Source: Burkholderiales bacterium (GTDB taxonomy: Bacteria; Pseudomonadota; Gammaproteobacteria; Burkholderiales; Burkholderiaceae_C). Taken from it: a DNA stretch of 52,777 nucleotides. Shown here one piece after another: positions 38,036 through 45,492 of this stretch. The stretch spans positions 1-52,777 of the forward strand of contig JANMSR010000254.1 in assembly GCA_031389565.1 (NCBI GenBank). The letters run 5' to 3'. Position 1 is the stretch's first letter, and each line of letters begins with the position of its first letter. A program made the position numbers and the translations under genes. The notes beneath the pieces were generated by a model. The model was not told where the DNA came from. It saw only the letters and a program-made list of their open reading frames with translations, and did not search any database.

Positions 38036-38064
38036 GGCTGAATCGCGTGAAGGCGGGCTGACGC

Positions 38065-38232
38065 ATGCGACGCGTCGCAGTGGTCGGATCGGGTATTTCC
38101 GGGCTTGCGGTCGCTTACGGGCTGGCTGCTGAAGCGGCGGTTACGCTGTTCGAGGCCGCGCGCTGGTTCGGCGGCCATGCGCACACGGTGGATGCCCGAC
38201 TCGAGGGCATCGTCCACGGTGTCGACACCGGG
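38065..38232 (+). pseudogene. 5' fragment (about 56 codons) of an NAD/FAD-binding oxidoreductase (amine-oxidase-like, COG2907-type)
   Basis: MRRVAVVGSGISGLAVAYGLAAEAAVTLFEAARWFGGHAHTVDARLEGIVHGVDTG is a complete dinucleotide-binding N-terminus. The frame then turns to nonsense and stops at 38316, whereas full-length family members run to about 430 aa. Confidence 0.6.
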
Positions 38233-38516
38233 TGTTCGCGCACATGTACCGCGCGCTCGAAGCGCCGCGGTTCGTGGTGCACGACATCATCGCCGACGGC
38301 GACCAGTGCTTCCTGACCTGGGATTTCCGCTTCCGCTTCAGACGCTTCGCGCCGGCGATGGATCAGGCGGTGCGCGGCGCAACCCACCTGCGCTTTGCCG
38401 CCGACGGCCGCATCGCGCTGCACCGCGACTACTGGGACGCGGCCGAGGAGCTGTACGAAAAGGTGCCCACTGTTGGCACGCTGATGCGCTGGCTCAGGCG
38501 GCGAGCGAACGCCTAG
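38232..38516 (+). pseudogene. 3' fragment (about 94 codons) of a nuclear transport factor 2 (SnoaL-like) family gene
   Basis: (V)FAHMYRALEAPRFVVHDIIADGDQCFLTWDFRFRF...HRDYWDAAEELYEKVPTVGTLMRWLRR resembles the C-terminal two-thirds of NTF2-like proteins. It has no proper N-terminus and begins exactly where the oxidoreductase fragment loses sense, in a different frame. Confidence 0.5.
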
Positions 38517-38520
38517 GGTA

Positions 38521-38979
38521 TTAGCGCTGACCTTCGGTCAGCGTATCGAGCTGGAAGCGCCCGCTCTTGTCGACCAGCCAGATCTCGGTGTACTTCACTG
38601 TGCCCATCTTCTCAGGCACCGGGAACGGGCTGGCCTTCTTGATCATCTCGACCGCCCACGGACCGACTTCGGCCGCCGCGGGCTGGCGAACGACACGCAC
38701 GCTTCGCACTTCGCCGCCGGCACCGATCTCGGTTTCGATGATCGCGATGCCGTACAGGAGCGGCGGCATCTTGCCCTTGTGAATCTGCTTGCCGTAGGCG
38801 GCATAGAGATGACGCGCACCGTCGCTGCGGTACTCGAGCGCGGTTTCGGCCGGCGAGGGCCGCTTGAAGGCCCCGGCCACCGCGGGTGTGGTCGAGAACT
38901 GCGCCAGCGCAGGAGCCGAGACCAGCAGGCCGGCAGCCAACGCGAGCGCGCCGAGGAAGGGGGTGCGGTGTGTGTTCAT
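38521..38979 (-). CDS. Periplasmic hypothetical protein (signal peptide; TonB-C-terminal-like beta-alpha-beta region)
   Basis: 152 aa with the Sec signal MNTHRTPFLGALALAAGLLVSAPALA. Coding-like composition. Confidence 0.65.
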   Translation of the reverse strand: MNTHRTPFLGALALAAGLLVSAPALAQFSTTPAVAGAFKRPSPAETALEYRSDGARHLYAAYGKQIHKGKMPPLLYGIAIIETEIGAGGEVRSVRVVRQPAAAEVGPWAVEMIKKASPFPVPEKMGTVKYTEIWLVDKSGRFQLDTLTEGQR

Positions 38980-39051
38980 GGACCGCAGTCTAGAAAAAAC
39001 TGCGGCTGGTGTGGTGTGAGCTTCCGCACGCCGCAGCCCACGTTCGATTGG

Positions 39052-40014
39052 TTACCGCAGCCAGCCCTTGCGGCGGAAATAGACGATCGGCACCGCCACA
39101 GAGATCAACATCAAGCCGATCGCGAACGGGTAGCCGAACGACCAATCGAGCTCGGGCATGTGGCGAAAGTTCATGCCATACAGGCTGGCAATCAGCGTCG
39201 GTGGCAGCAGTGCGACGCTGGCCACCGAGAAGATCTTGATGATCTTGTTCTGGTTGATGTTGATGAAGCCGACCGTGGCGTCCAACAAGAAGTTGATCTT
39301 GTCGAACAGGAACGCGGTGTGGCTGTCCAGCGAATCGATGTCGCGCAGGATCTGCCGTGCTTCCTCGAACTGCTCGGCATTGAGCATCCGGCTGCGCATC
39401 ATGAAGCTCACCGCACGCCGGGTGTCCATCACGTTGCGGCGGATGCGGCCGTTCAGGTCTTCTTCCTTGGCAATCGCGGCCAGCGCGGCGCCGGCGGCGC
39501 GGTCGTCGACATCCTGCTTGAGCACCCCCGCGCCCACCGCTTCGAGCGCATCGTAAATGCCCTCCAGCGCGTCGGCGCTGTACTCGGCGTCGGCATCGTA
39601 GAGCTTGAGCAGCACGTCCTTGGCGTCTTCGATCAGCGCCGGAATCCGCCGCGCGCGCAGGCGCAACAGGCGAAACACCGGCAGATCCTCGGCGTGCACC
39701 GAGAACAGCACCTGCTGGTAGAGGATGAACGCGGCGCGAACGTTGCGCGGCGTCACGTCGTCGTCGATCAGGAAGTCGGAGCGGATGTGCAACTCGCCGT
39801 TGTCTTCCTCGTAGAAGCGCGCCGACTCCTCGAGATCGTCGTCGACGATGTCCTCAGGAATGGCGATACCAAAGCGCGCGAGGACCCAGGCCTTTTCATC
39901 GGCGGTCGGCGATTCCAGATCGACCCACACCGGGCGCACATGGGCCAGCGCGTCAGGGCTGTCGATCTCTTCCTGGACCAGCCGGCCATTGACCAGCGTG
40001 AAGACGTTGAGCAT
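39052..40014 (-). CDS. corA: Magnesium/cobalt transporter CorA
   Basis: 320 aa with the YGMNFRHMPEL (GMN) motif and two C-terminal TM helices. It ends with the KGWL-type tail. Confidence 0.93.
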   Translation of the reverse strand: MLNVFTLVNGRLVQEEIDSPDALAHVRPVWVDLESPTADEKAWVLARFGIAIPEDIVDDDLEESARFYEEDNGELHIRSDFLIDDDVTPRNVRAAFILYQQVLFSVHAEDLPVFRLLRLRARRIPALIEDAKDVLLKLYDADAEYSADALEGIYDALEAVGAGVLKQDVDDRAAGAALAAIAKEEDLNGRIRRNVMDTRRAVSFMMRSRMLNAEQFEEARQILRDIDSLDSHTAFLFDKINFLLDATVGFININQNKIIKIFSVASVALLPPTLIASLYGMNFRHMPELDWSFGYPFAIGLMLISVAVPIVYFRRKGWLR

Positions 40015-40327
40015 CGGACGCGGCTCCAGCGCACGGCAGCGCGCAGCAGGCGGGTGGTGGCGGGTCGGTGCACCGTCTCACCCCGCGACGCTAGGACCGC
40101 AGTCGCGGCCGTGAAGCATTGGAGCGGACGGTCACCGAGGGTGACTCTGGTCCAAACTTGTCTCCGTACAAAGACAATCGATTATGGCACCGCACAGGAG
40201 ACGAAAACGGTGTCAATATGACTCGCATGCGCCGGTCGCCGACTGTCACCATTGCGGCACAAAACAGGGCCTGCTCAACGCTGACCGGGTCTTGTGGCAA
40301 GGCCCTTTCGGCAGCACACTGAACCTG

Positions 40328-40437
40328 CTGTCTTCCCCTCCCGCTACGCCCTCCCTCCCAGCAAGCAGTACCCCCGTTCCCCAATCCCCGTTTCCTGCCC
40401 TTCCCTTCCCGTTCCGGCAATCCTGCCAAGCCTTTCC
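40328..40437 (+). promoter_or_regulatory. G-depleted C/U-rich 5' leader upstream of hpf
   Basis: About 110 nt with only about 13 G by my count. Repeated CCCTCC/TTCCC motifs lie directly upstream of the SD AAAGGAGGA (40438-40446). Confidence 0.4.
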
Positions 40438-40450
40438 AAAGGAGGATCTG

Positions 40451-40789
40451 ATGAACCTGACGATCAGCGGACACCACCTCGACGTCTCTCCGGCCTTGCG
40501 TGAGTACGTGCTGACCAAGCTTGACCGCGTGACCCGGCACTTCGATCAAGTGGTGGATGTCAACGTACTGCTGACCGTGGAAAAGCTAAAAGAGAAGGAG
40601 CGAAGGCAAAAGGCCGAAGTGACCCTGCATGTGAAGGGGCGCGATATCTATGTCGAGCACGCGAGCGAAGACCTGTACGCCGCGATCGACACCCTGATGG
40701 ACAAGCTCGACCGCCAGGTCATGCGCCACAAGGACCGTTTGCAGGACCACCACCACGATTCGCCCAAGCGCGTCGACGCCAGCGCCTGA
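40451..40789 (+). CDS. hpf: Ribosome hibernation promoting factor (HPF/YfiA, S30AE family)
   Basis: 112 aa. [20 protein letters not shown]...[16 protein letters not shown] is the canonical family pattern. Strong SD upstream. Confidence 0.93.
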   Translation: MNLTISGHHLDVSPALREYVLTKLDRVTRHFDQVVDVNVLLTVEKLKEKERRQKAEVTLHVKGRDIYVEHASEDLYAAIDTLMDKLDRQVMRHKDRLQDHHHDSPKRVDASA

Positions 40790-40810
40790 TAGAAAGTAAG
40801 CAAATGCTTC

Positions 40811-40835
40811 AAAGCGGCCCGCGGGCCGCTTTTTC
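40811..40835 (+). terminator. Rho-independent terminator after hpf
   Basis: AAAGCGGCCC-GCGGGCCGCTTTTT (GCGGCCCGCGGGCCGC palindromic stem plus a T5 tract). Confidence 0.8.
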
Positions 40836-41012
40836 GTATCCGCCGGCGCGCCGGCTGCGGCAGCGCAGCAAAAGCGCAACAGCCGAGGGCGCGTGGCAGC
40901 GACGAGCGTCGCGTAAAGAGGGGCGATTCCTATAATTCAACGCCCTGACACAGTTGCCGCGGTCAGCCGCGCACGCGCTCATGCGTTGTGCGGTGCGGAA
41001 GGAACGCCAACG

Positions 41013-41483
41013 ATGAACCGACTTGCCACCATCCTGCCCGTCTCCAACGTGATGGTCGACGTTGACGCGACGAGCAAGAAGCGGGCTTTCGAGCAGGCCG
41101 GTGTGCTGTTCGAAAACCAGCATTCGATTGCCCGTGCCACGGTGTCGGACAACCTGTTTGCCCGAGAACGGCTCGGTTCTACCGGCCTGGGCCATGGCGT
41201 GGCCATCCCGCACGGCCGCATCAAGGGCCTGAAGAACCCGCTGGCCGCCGTGCTGCGGGTGCAGCAACCGATCGCCTTCGACGCGCCCGACGATGAGCCA
41301 GTGTCGCTGCTGATCTTTCTGTTGGTGCCCGAAGCGGCGACGCAGCGCCACCTCGACATCCTGTCCGAGATCGCCGAGATGCTGTCGGACCGCACGCTGC
41401 GCGAGCGCCTGAAGTTCGAACCCAATGTCGCGGCGCTGCACAAGCTGATTGCCGACTGGGAGCCGCTGAAGTCGGTGGCCTGA
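41013..41483 (+). CDS. ptsN: PTS IIA-like nitrogen regulatory protein PtsN
   Basis: 156 aa from MNRLATILP. Active-site context [12 protein letters not shown]. It follows hpf, as in the rpoN-region operon of proteobacteria. Confidence 0.9.
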   Translation: MNRLATILPVSNVMVDVDATSKKRAFEQAGVLFENQHSIARATVSDNLFARERLGSTGLGHGVAIPHGRIKGLKNPLAAVLRVQQPIAFDAPDDEPVSLLIFLLVPEAATQRHLDILSEIAEMLSDRTLRERLKFEPNVAALHKLIADWEPLKSVA

Positions 41484-41505
41484 TCGCCGTGTCGGGCTCC
41501 AAGCC

Positions 41506-42465
41506 ATGAAGCCCACGTTGATCAGCGCCGAGGCGCTGTTCGAAGAGCACCGCCAAGCACTGCACTGGGAGTGGGTGGCCGGCCATGCCCATCCCGAACG
41601 GCGCTTCGACGATGCCGCGGTGCGCGATGCGCGCTCAGCGGCCGACCTGATCGGCTACCTCAACTACATCCACCCTTACCGGGTGCAAATCGTCGGTCGG
41701 CGCGAGGTGGCCTATCTCAGCGAGGACAGCGACGAGGACATCGAGCGCCGTGTCGCCCGCATCGTCACCCTCGAGCCGCCGATGATCATCGTCGCCGACG
41801 GCCAGACGCCGCCGACCCGGCTGGTGGCAATGTGCGACCGCGCCGAGATCCCGCTGTTCGTCACCGCCGCATCGGCCGGCCACGTGATCGACGTGGTACG
41901 CGCCTACCTCGGCCAGTTGTTCGCCGAGCGCACCACGCGCCACGGCGTGTTCATGGACATCCTCGGCCTGGGCGTGCTGCTGACCGGCGAATCGGGGCTG
42001 GGCAAGAGCGAGCTCGGCCTCGAGTTGATCTCGCGCGGCCACGGCCTGGTGGCCGACGACGCGGTGGACTTGTATCGCATCTCGCAGACCGCGCTCGAAG
42101 GCCGCTGCCCCGAGTTGCTGCTCAACCTGCTCGAGGTGCGCGGCATCGGCCTCTTGGACATCAAGGCCATCTTCGGCGAAACGGCCGTGCGCCGCAAGAT
42201 GCGCCTGAAGCTGCTGGTGCACCTGGTGCGCAAGGAAACCATGGAACGCGAGTTCGAACGCCTGCCCTACGAACCGCTGTTCGAAGACATCCTCGGCATG
42301 CCCGTGCGCAAGGTGGTGATCGCGGTCGACGCCGGCCGCAACTTGGCGGTGCTGGTCGAGGCGGCGGTGCGCAATACCGTGCTGCAACTGCGTGGCATCG
42401 ACACCTACGCCGAGTTCGTGCGCCGGCACCAGAGCGCGATGGACGCCCAGCACGACAAGGGTTGA
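41506..42465 (+). CDS. hprK: HPr kinase/phosphorylase
   Basis: 319 aa. P-loop [19 protein letters not shown] and [11 protein letters not shown]. Confidence 0.93.
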   Translation: MKPTLISAEALFEEHRQALHWEWVAGHAHPERRFDDAAVRDARSAADLIGYLNYIHPYRVQIVGRREVAYLSEDSDEDIERRVARIVTLEPPMIIVADGQTPPTRLVAMCDRAEIPLFVTAASAGHVIDVVRAYLGQLFAERTTRHGVFMDILGLGVLLTGESGLGKSELGLELISRGHGLVADDAVDLYRISQTALEGRCPELLLNLLEVRGIGLLDIKAIFGETAVRRKMRLKLLVHLVRKETMEREFERLPYEPLFEDILGMPVRKVVIAVDAGRNLAVLVEAAVRNTVLQLRGIDTYAEFVRRHQSAMDAQHDKG

Positions 42466-42471
42466 CGGCAA

Positions 42472-42900
42472 CTACTTGGGCCGGTAAGCGCAGTCGCTCT
42501 TGGTGCAGGCCGCGTACAGCGCCAGCGAATGGTCCTGCAGCGCAAAGCCGCGGGCCAGGGCCACGGCGCGCTGGCGGCTTTCGATCTCGGCGTCGTAGAA
42601 CTCCTCCACACGGCCGCAGGTCAGGCACACCAGGTGGTCGTGGTGCTGGCCTTCGTTCAACTCGAACACCGATTTGCCGCTCTCGAAGTGGCTGCGTGTG
42701 AGCAACCCGGCCTGCTCGAATTGCATCAGCACGCGGTAGACGGTGGCCAGGCCCACGTCGGCCCCCTCGGCCAGCAGGGCCTTGAACACGTCTTCGGCCG
42801 TCATGTGGCGCAGCGCCGTGCGCTGGAAGACCTCGAGGATCTTGATGCGCGGCAGCGTCGCCTTCAGGCCGCTGCTCTTGAGTTCGTCGGCGTGGGTCAT
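42472..42900 (-). CDS. fur: Ferric uptake regulator
   Basis: 142 aa. Motifs seen: LKATLPRIKILEV, HHDHLVCLTCGRVEEF and the CxxC pairs. Confidence 0.95.
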   Translation of the reverse strand: MTHADELKSSGLKATLPRIKILEVFQRTALRHMTAEDVFKALLAEGADVGLATVYRVLMQFEQAGLLTRSHFESGKSVFELNEGQHHDHLVCLTCGRVEEFYDAEIESRQRAVALARGFALQDHSLALYAACTKSDCAYRPK

Positions 42901-42989
42901 CGGGGGCTGGCGAGGCAGGAGGGGCCGCTAGAATGCGCCGCATCATAGCCAGAGCAACGCGGCGAGGGCCCCCCGCCCGGCGTTTTTCC

Positions 42990-43529
42990 ATGTTCCGCAC
43001 CCCCCTGTCCTCACCCCTGGCGGCGATTGCGCTGGCCGCCCTGACGCTCGCCGGTACGGGCTGCAGTTCGATCCAGGGCGATCGATTGCTCGGCGTCATC
43101 ACGCCTTACCGCGTCGATGTGATGCAAGGCAACGTGATCACCAAGGAGTTGGCAGCCAACGTCAAACCCGGCATGAGCCGCGAGCAGGTGCGCGACATGC
43201 TCGGCTCGCCCCTGCTGACCAGCGCGTTCCACGCCGACCGCTGGGACTACGTGTTCACGATGCGGCGCCAGGGCGTCGAGCCGCAGCGGCGCAGCGTGGT
43301 CGCCTACTTCAAGGGCGATGTGCTCGAACGCCTCGAAGCGCCTGAGCTGCCGTCGGAGAAGGAATTCGTCAGCTCGATCCGGCCCGCGCGCGCCACGGGC
43401 GCCGAACCGGTGCTGGCACTGACCGACGAGCAGCGCAAGGCATTGCCGCCGCCGGTCAAGGGCGAAAGCAGCGCCGCCGCGCAGCCGCAGGGCGCCAACC
43501 GGCCGTACCCACCGCTCGAGCCGCAATGA
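42990..43529 (+). CDS. bamE: Outer membrane protein assembly factor BamE (SmpA/OmlA)
   Basis: Lipoprotein signal [25 protein letters not shown], then [16 protein letters not shown], then a long Pro-rich tail. It is divergent from fur. Confidence 0.85.
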   Translation: MFRTPLSSPLAAIALAALTLAGTGCSSIQGDRLLGVITPYRVDVMQGNVITKELAANVKPGMSREQVRDMLGSPLLTSAFHADRWDYVFTMRRQGVEPQRRSVVAYFKGDVLERLEAPELPSEKEFVSSIRPARATGAEPVLALTDEQRKALPPPVKGESSAAAQPQGANRPYPPLEPQ

Positions 43530-44275
43530 GCCTGGCAGCGCTGCGGGTGGCCGTCGCGGGGGCGTCAGGCCGCATGGGCCAGATGCTGATCGAGGCCGTG
43601 AATGCCGCCCCCGACTGCGCACTGGCCGGCACACTCGACATCGGTGCCGACCTGCATGCAGGCCTGGCCAACGCCCAGGTGCTGATCGACTTCACCCGCC
43701 CCGAAGGCACGCTGGCGCACCTGGCGGTGTGCCGCGAGCTGGGCGTCAAGGCCGTCATCGGCACCACCGGCTTCAGCGACGCGCAGAAGGCCGCGATCGC
43801 CGCGCACGCGCGCCACATCGCCATCGTGATGGCGCCGAACATGAGTGTCGGCGTCAACGTGGTCTTCAAGCTGCTCGACATGGCCGCCCGCGCGCTGGCC
43901 GAAGGCTACGACATCGAGATCGTCGAGGCCCACCACCGCCACAAGGTCGACGCCCCCAGCGGCACCGCGCTGAAGATGGGCGAGGTGGTGGCCGCCGCAC
44001 TCGGGCGCGACCTGAAGGATTGCGCGGTGTATGCGCGCCAAGGCGTCACCGGCGAACGCGACCCCAGCAGCATCGGCTTCGCCACCGTGCGCGGCGGCGA
44101 CATCGTCGGCGACCATAGCGTCATGTTCTGCGGCACCGGCGAGCGCATCGAGATCACGCACCGCAGCACCAGCCGCGCCACCTACGCGCTGGGCAGCCTG
44201 CGCGCCGCGCGCTTCCTGGCCGACAAGGCCAGCGGCCTGTACGGCATGGACCATGTACTCGGATTGACGACATGA
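43526..44275 (+). CDS. dapB: 4-hydroxy-tetrahydrodipicolinate reductase
   Basis: 249 aa. Motifs seen: VAGASGRMG and [15 protein letters not shown]. Confidence 0.95.
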   Translation: MSLAALRVAVAGASGRMGQMLIEAVNAAPDCALAGTLDIGADLHAGLANAQVLIDFTRPEGTLAHLAVCRELGVKAVIGTTGFSDAQKAAIAAHARHIAIVMAPNMSVGVNVVFKLLDMAARALAEGYDIEIVEAHHRHKVDAPSGTALKMGEVVAAALGRDLKDCAVYARQGVTGERDPSSIGFATVRGGDIVGDHSVMFCGTGERIEITHRSTSRATYALGSLRAARFLADKASGLYGMDHVLGLTT

Positions 44276-44311
44276 CAACCCCCGGCTCGCTTCGCTCGCG
44301 CCTCCGGAGGA

Positions 44312-44355
44312 GGTGCTCAGCCCGCCCTTCGACAGGGCTCAGGACAGGCTTGGGG
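44312..44355. repeat. REP-like intergenic repeat, copy 2
   Basis: See copy 1 at 7724-7766. It contains the hairpin GCCCT-tcgac-AGGGC. Confidence 0.75.
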
Positions 44356-44372
44356 CAGCCGGGCGCGGCCTG

Positions 44373-45035
44373 ATGGACGGCTTTGGCACTTTCTGGAACG
44401 GCAGCGACGGCGTCGGCCGCGCGGTCACGCTGCTGCTGCTGGCCATGTCGGTCAGCGCCTGGGTCACGATCCTGTGGAAGGTGTGGGTGCTGCAACGCGC
44501 GCGGCGCGACGTGGCCCGCGCGGTGCCGGCCTTCTGGGCCGCGCCGGCGCTGGCCGAAGGCCGCCAGCGCCTGGCTGCGCTCGACCGCGAGCAGGTGCTG
44601 CTGCCGCTGCTCGACGCTGCGATGGCCACCCCCTTGTCCGGCACGCTCGACACCGGCGCGCACCTCGACTCGCAGCTCACCCGGCGCCTGCGCGACGCGC
44701 TGCACCGCGGCCTGGCCCACCTGCAGTTCGGCCAGGTGTTGCTGGCCTCGATCGGCAGCACCTCGCCCTTCGTCGGCCTGTTCGGCACCGTCTGGGGCAT
44801 CTACCATGCGTTGGCCAGCATCGCCTCGACGGGCAGCATGACCATCGACAAAGTTGCCGGCCCGGTCGGCGAGGCATTGATCATGACCGCCGCCGGCTTG
44901 GCCGTGGCCATCCCCGCGGTGCTGGCCTACAACCTGTTCGGCAAATGGGTCGGCGCCGCCGAGGCCGAACTCGAAGGCTTCGCGCACGACTTGCGCGAGA
45001 TGCGCATCGACCAAGCGCAGTCCGGAGCCGATTGA
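44373..45035 (+). CDS. exbB: MotA/TolQ/ExbB proton-channel family protein
   Basis: Start chosen at MDGFGTFW (ATG at 44373), because the upstream part of the track ORF is the REP element. Three TM segments and the GLFGTVWGI motif. Confidence 0.85.
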   Translation: MDGFGTFWNGSDGVGRAVTLLLLAMSVSAWVTILWKVWVLQRARRDVARAVPAFWAAPALAEGRQRLAALDREQVLLPLLDAAMATPLSGTLDTGAHLDSQLTRRLRDALHRGLAHLQFGQVLLASIGSTSPFVGLFGTVWGIYHALASIASTGSMTIDKVAGPVGEALIMTAAGLAVAIPAVLAYNLFGKWVGAAEAELEGFAHDLREMRIDQAQSGAD

Positions 45036-45036
45036 C

Positions 45037-45453
45037 ATGGCTTTCGGCCGCCTCGAACGCACCTCGCGCCCGGCGCCGATGAGCGACATCAACATGACGC
45101 CGCTGATCGACGTAATGCTGGTGCTGCTGGTGATCTTCATCATCACCGCGCCGCTGATGACGTCGAGCCTGAAGCTCGATCTGCCGAAAACCGATGCCGC
45201 CACACCCACCAGCGCGCCGGCCTTCATCGCGCTGGCCATCGATGCCCAGGGCAGGCTGTTCTTCGGCGACGACCTGCTGGCACGCGACGCCCTGGCCCAG
45301 CGCGTGACGGCCGCCGCCAAGGCCAACCCGCAACTCGAAGTGCAGTTGCGGGCCGACCAGAAAGTGCCCTACGGCCAGGTGGCCGACCTGATCGCGATGA
45401 TCCAGAAGGCCGGCCTGACCCGCATCGGCTTCGTCACCGAGGCGCCGAAGTAG
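45037..45453 (+). CDS. exbD: ExbD/TolR biopolymer transport protein
   Basis: 138 aa with the INMTPLIDVMLVLLVIF TM anchor. Confidence 0.9.
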   Translation: MAFGRLERTSRPAPMSDINMTPLIDVMLVLLVIFIITAPLMTSSLKLDLPKTDAATPTSAPAFIALAIDAQGRLFFGDDLLARDALAQRVTAAAKANPQLEVQLRADQKVPYGQVADLIAMIQKAGLTRIGFVTEAPK

Positions 45454-45492
45454 CCGGCTCGGAGCGATCGGACCCACTTCTACAATCGGTGG

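Noticed and set aside
37786-38061. 91-codon ORF (MSSIIDFTAARATH...) as a protein-coding gene
   Set aside because: It has no Shine-Dalgarno and low GC3, unlike every confident gene here. It includes a poly-Ser/Pro run that comes from the pyrimidine tract. A strong intrinsic terminator lies inside its 3' end. I treat it as non-coding, though a foreign small protein cannot be excluded.
38983-39005. Hairpin CCGCAGT-N9-ACTGCGG between corA and the next gene as a terminator
   Set aside because: No U-tract follows the stem on the transcribed (minus) strand, and the T-run lies in the loop. It may be an RNA structure but is not a convincing intrinsic terminator.
40180-40300. Sigma-54 promoters upstream of hpf (TGGCAC at 40186-40191; TGGCAA-N5-TTTCG near 40285)
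   Set aside because: The -12 elements do not match TTGC(A/T) at the required 5-nt spacing. The GG is not paired with a GC element.
44373-45453. MotA/ExbB-like plus ExbD pair as part of a Zorya-type defence system
   Set aside because: There are only two small genes, in the conserved dapB-exbB-exbD-leuS housekeeping context. No ZorC/ZorD-like large helicase or nuclease genes are adjacent.
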